Assembly (NCBI RefSeq): GCF_000015145.1
Contig: NC_008818.1
Location: 1,470,001 to 1,502,000 of the forward strand
Source of the DNA: Hyperthermus butylicus DSM 5456
GTDB taxonomy: Archaea; Thermoproteota; Thermoprotei_A; Sulfolobales; Pyrodictiaceae
Direction of reading: 5' to 3'
DNA: 32,000 bases
The notes beneath the pieces are model-generated. The model ran no database searches, was not told where the DNA came from, and saw only the letters and a list, made by a program, of their open reading frames with translations. Below are positions 29,920 to 32,000 of the stretch, in pieces. The position numbers and the translations under genes were made by a program. Within the stretch, counting starts at the first letter, position 1. Every line of letters begins with the position of its first letter.

Positions 29920-30646
29920 GGATCCGGGCTATCTCGGCGTCTACGCCTAGTAATAATGCTGCTGCAGTGTATGCAGCCATGTAAGCTACTAGCCTCGCCC
30001 TAGGCTTCACCTGCACCGCTATGCCGCCTGCTGCTAGACCCGCTAGGACTGCGGCAAAGACTGCTGGCTCGCTGAATACGGGGATCATCGTGGCAGTATA
30101 GACTACTACTTCGAGTATGTGCCAGGGCCTTAGCCTTGACGGGGGACGTAGAAGGGGCCTAGGCGCCGAGGCAAGGTAGGAGATGGCGGCGGCAACGAGG
30201 GCGGCGGCAAGGTAGGCTGAGCCCTCCGCGCCAGGGTGAGAGGCTAGTATCGCTGCGTAAGGCTGCACCATCGCCAGCGCATGTGCCGCGAGGGATGCGT
30301 GTAGCGCTGCGAGCCCGGAGAAGGCTATGGCTAGGAGGAGGCTCTTCGGAGGCTTGTAGGGGGGCTGGAGTCCGGGCCCCGGAGCAGCTAACGTCAATAG
30401 GGCTATGCCGGCGAGCGCCGCCACTGTCTCGGGCCTGGACTCCACGGCTGCCGCAGTCAGCGCTACCGACAGTGCTGTGAGCAGCGAGAGCCATAGCCTC
30501 CCCACAGCTGCTGCCGCCGCTGCCACAGCCATGCCTGCTAGCAGCCAGGGCGCGGGGAGAACAGTGTAGGCTAGCACGAGAAGGGCTAGCGCAGCTGTGG
30601 GGACGGCGAATCCATGGGCTATGCGGGCGATGCTATCAGCCTCCAA
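29909..30646 (-). CDS. Ala-rich polytopic membrane protein
   Basis: Track ORF 29909..30820. Its first ~58 codons overlap the DUF58 gene and are Arg/Gly-rich junk, so the start is moved to TTG 30646 (ATG 30532 alternative). The remainder has ~7 hydrophobic helices. Its position after MoxR-DUF58 is typical for the membrane component of such operons. Confidence 0.55.
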   Translation of the reverse strand: MEADSIARIAHGFAVPTAALALLVLAYTVLPAPWLLAGMAVAAAAAAVGRLWLSLLTALSVALTAAAVESRPETVAALAGIALLTLAAPGPGLQPPYKPPKSLLLAIAFSGLAALHASLAAHALAMVQPYAAILASHPGAEGSAYLAAALVAAAISYLASAPRPLLRPPSRLRPWHILEVVVYTATMIPVFSEPAVFAAVLAGLAAGGIAVQVKPRARLVAYMAAYTAAALLLGVDAEIARILAP

Positions 30647-31893
30647 GCCTCCCTCACGAACTGCCCGCCGGGGGCCAGGTATAGTCTTGCCCCTGCCCCG
30701 CCAAGAACGCTGGAGGCCCTGCCTGCAAGCCTTACCGCAGCCGTGCGGGCCAGCCTGGAGGCCTCTGCGTCGCCCACCGGAAGAACCACTACGACCACCG
30801 CGTTTAGCCCCGCGAGACACGAAGCCATCTCCTCGAGCCTGGGCTGGACCAGGGCGTGGGGTCCGGTGAGTACTAGGAGCAGCATGCCCCTGGGGAGCAG
30901 GGTTCTAGCCTCCTTGACGGCTCCGCAGAGCCCCCAACCGCTATGGGTTAGGGTCTCGATGGGGTCTAGGCTTGAGAGCTGCGTGAGGAGCTGGTGGAGC
31001 CTCTCCCCAGCCCTGCCTGGCTGCACTGTTAGCCAGACATCGCCGCGGAGCAGCGTGTAGCCGAAGACGCCGCCTAGGCTGGCGATGCTGCGGGCGAGCG
31101 AGGCTGCAAGCCTTGCAATATGATCTCCCGGAGTGTCCCCGGGCTCTCCCGCCCAGCTGTAGCGGGAGAGGTCCACTAGCATGTGGAGCCTCGGCTGCAG
31201 CTCGGAGAGGTCCTCGCGGACCATTAGCCTCCCGACCCTCGCCGTGGCGGTCCACACGATTCTCCTCGGGTCGTCGCCTGGCTGGTACTCCCTCACCTCG
31301 TAGAACTCAAGGCCCACACCATGCACGAGCCTCCTATAGGCCTCGAGGAACCCGTGCACCGGGCTCGGGGCACACGGCTCGGAGAGGCTTGCCACTGGCA
31401 CCGTCTTGATGCTTGCTGGGGTCCTAACCGTGCGACGGTAGACAAAGAAGCCCAGTGGGTCCACGACATCCACGGTCAGCTCGCTGAAGATGTGTAGCCC
31501 TGGAAGGGGCTTCACAGTGTAGGTGTAGGCTGCAGATGCGCCTGGCAGCAGCGAGACACGAAATACTGGGCTCTCCTCAACCCTAACCCTTGCCGGGATA
31601 GCATCGGTCACCACCGCCTCGGCGCGGAGTCTCGACGCGTTGTGTACACGGATAGTCACCTTGACCGGTGCGCCCTCATAGGCTGTCTCTGGCTCCACAC
31701 TCCTCTCAAACATTAGGCCTAGCGCTGCCCTGGAGAGGGTGTAGGCGTAGCCGAGGCTCCAAGCTAGGATCCCCGAGAGGAGGACCGCAAGGCTGCCCGT
31801 TAGCCACGGGTAGACCCCGGCATAGCTGGCTATGAGGAGGGCTGTTATCGACGCGGCAGCCAGGAGCGCCTTTGGCGTCGGCTCTACGGGCAA
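30619..31893 (-). CDS. DUF58 domain protein (MoxR-associated)
   Basis: Two N-terminal TM helices, then the DUF58 signature FYEVREYQPGDDPRRIVWTATARVGRLMVREDL. TTG start is preceded by GGGAGGG and lies directly downstream of a MoxR-type ATPase gene. Confidence 0.85.
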   Translation of the reverse strand: MPVEPTPKALLAAASITALLIASYAGVYPWLTGSLAVLLSGILAWSLGYAYTLSRAALGLMFERSVEPETAYEGAPVKVTIRVHNASRLRAEAVVTDAIPARVRVEESPVFRVSLLPGASAAYTYTVKPLPGLHIFSELTVDVVDPLGFFVYRRTVRTPASIKTVPVASLSEPCAPSPVHGFLEAYRRLVHGVGLEFYEVREYQPGDDPRRIVWTATARVGRLMVREDLSELQPRLHMLVDLSRYSWAGEPGDTPGDHIARLAASLARSIASLGGVFGYTLLRGDVWLTVQPGRAGERLHQLLTQLSSLDPIETLTHSGWGLCGAVKEARTLLPRGMLLLVLTGPHALVQPRLEEMASCLAGLNAVVVVVLPVGDAEASRLARTAAVRLAGRASSVLGGAGARLYLAPGGQFVREAWRLIASPA

Positions 31894-31910
31894 GAACCCT
31901 CTGGCCCTCC

Positions 31911-32000
31911 CTACGGGGGCTCCACACGCTCCAGCACCGAGTCTATGATGTCGTCCACAGTTACGCCTGCAAGGCGGGCCTCAGGCCGCAACACTATGCG
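31911..32000 (-). CDS. MoxR-like AAA ATPase, 3' end (gene starts beyond the right window edge)
   Basis: The minus-strand frame open from 32000 reads RIVLRPEARLAGVTVDDIIDSVLERVEPP* (stop 31911-31913). This resembles the C-terminal lid of MoxR ATPases (HRi.l..eA...g.....ii..il..v.vP) and sits in the standard position upstream of DUF58. Only 29 codons are visible. Confidence 0.6.
   Translation of the reverse strand, partial: RIVLRPEARLAGVTVDDIIDSVLERVEPP

Noticed and set aside
12820-32000. A functional link between the SWIM protein and the MoxR/DUF58 operon (SWIM-MoxR-VWA clusters exist in bacteria)
   Set aside because: The loci are ~17 kb apart, separated by the insertion and unrelated genes, and no VWA gene is visible. 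There is no positional evidence for a link.
1-32000. CRISPR arrays, rRNA genes, IS elements
   Set aside because: No regularly spaced direct repeats were found; the only tandem repeat is 13 bp x2 at 21511-21539. There are no rRNA-like stretches, and no transposase-like ORFs or terminal inverted repeats were recognised in any frame.

Overview
GC-rich (roughly 60% by eye) archaeal chromosome segment. It is most consistent with a hyperthermophilic crenarchaeon: a CdvB-type ESCRT-III gene, an archaeal stalk-protein P0 remnant, TATA-box or leaderless gene starts, and ATA/AGG/CTA-rich codon usage. No database search was possible, so all calls rest on motifs read from the translations.

Left third: a CUT1-type sugar ABC transporter operon (binding protein, two permeases, ATPase), an orphan ESCRT-III paralogue, an M20 peptidase, a PadR regulator, and a sirtuin-fold protein whose catalytic motifs are degenerate.

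Middle: several small coiled-coil, wHTH and TM genes. There is also a divergent pair made of a SWIM zinc-finger protein and a 1486-aa P-loop/AAA+ protein with winged-helix-like segments and a long coiled-coil tail. This pair is uncharacterised and is the best candidate for an undescribed system.

Dominant anomaly: an ~8.97-kb compositionally mosaic insertion (18841-27814) sits inside an acylphosphatase gene. The two gene halves (27890->27806 and 18840->18593, minus strand) re-join in frame across a 9-bp imperfect direct repeat. Within the insertion, only a cytochrome bd oxidase (CydA plus a CydA-like second subunit) and a NikR-like regulator are intact. Everything else is truncated, frameshifted or carries a nonsense codon: a GT2 glycosyltransferase, a ribosomal P0 C-terminal fragment, a radical-SAM gene, an MBL-fold gene, a membrane protein, and an ABC-3 metal permease and ATPase. 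No integrase or transposase is visible.

Right end: a UbiA prenyltransferase, tRNA-Lys(UUU), a DUF99 protein, membrane proteins, a DUF58 protein and the 3' end of a MoxR ATPase. No CRISPR array or rRNA was seen.
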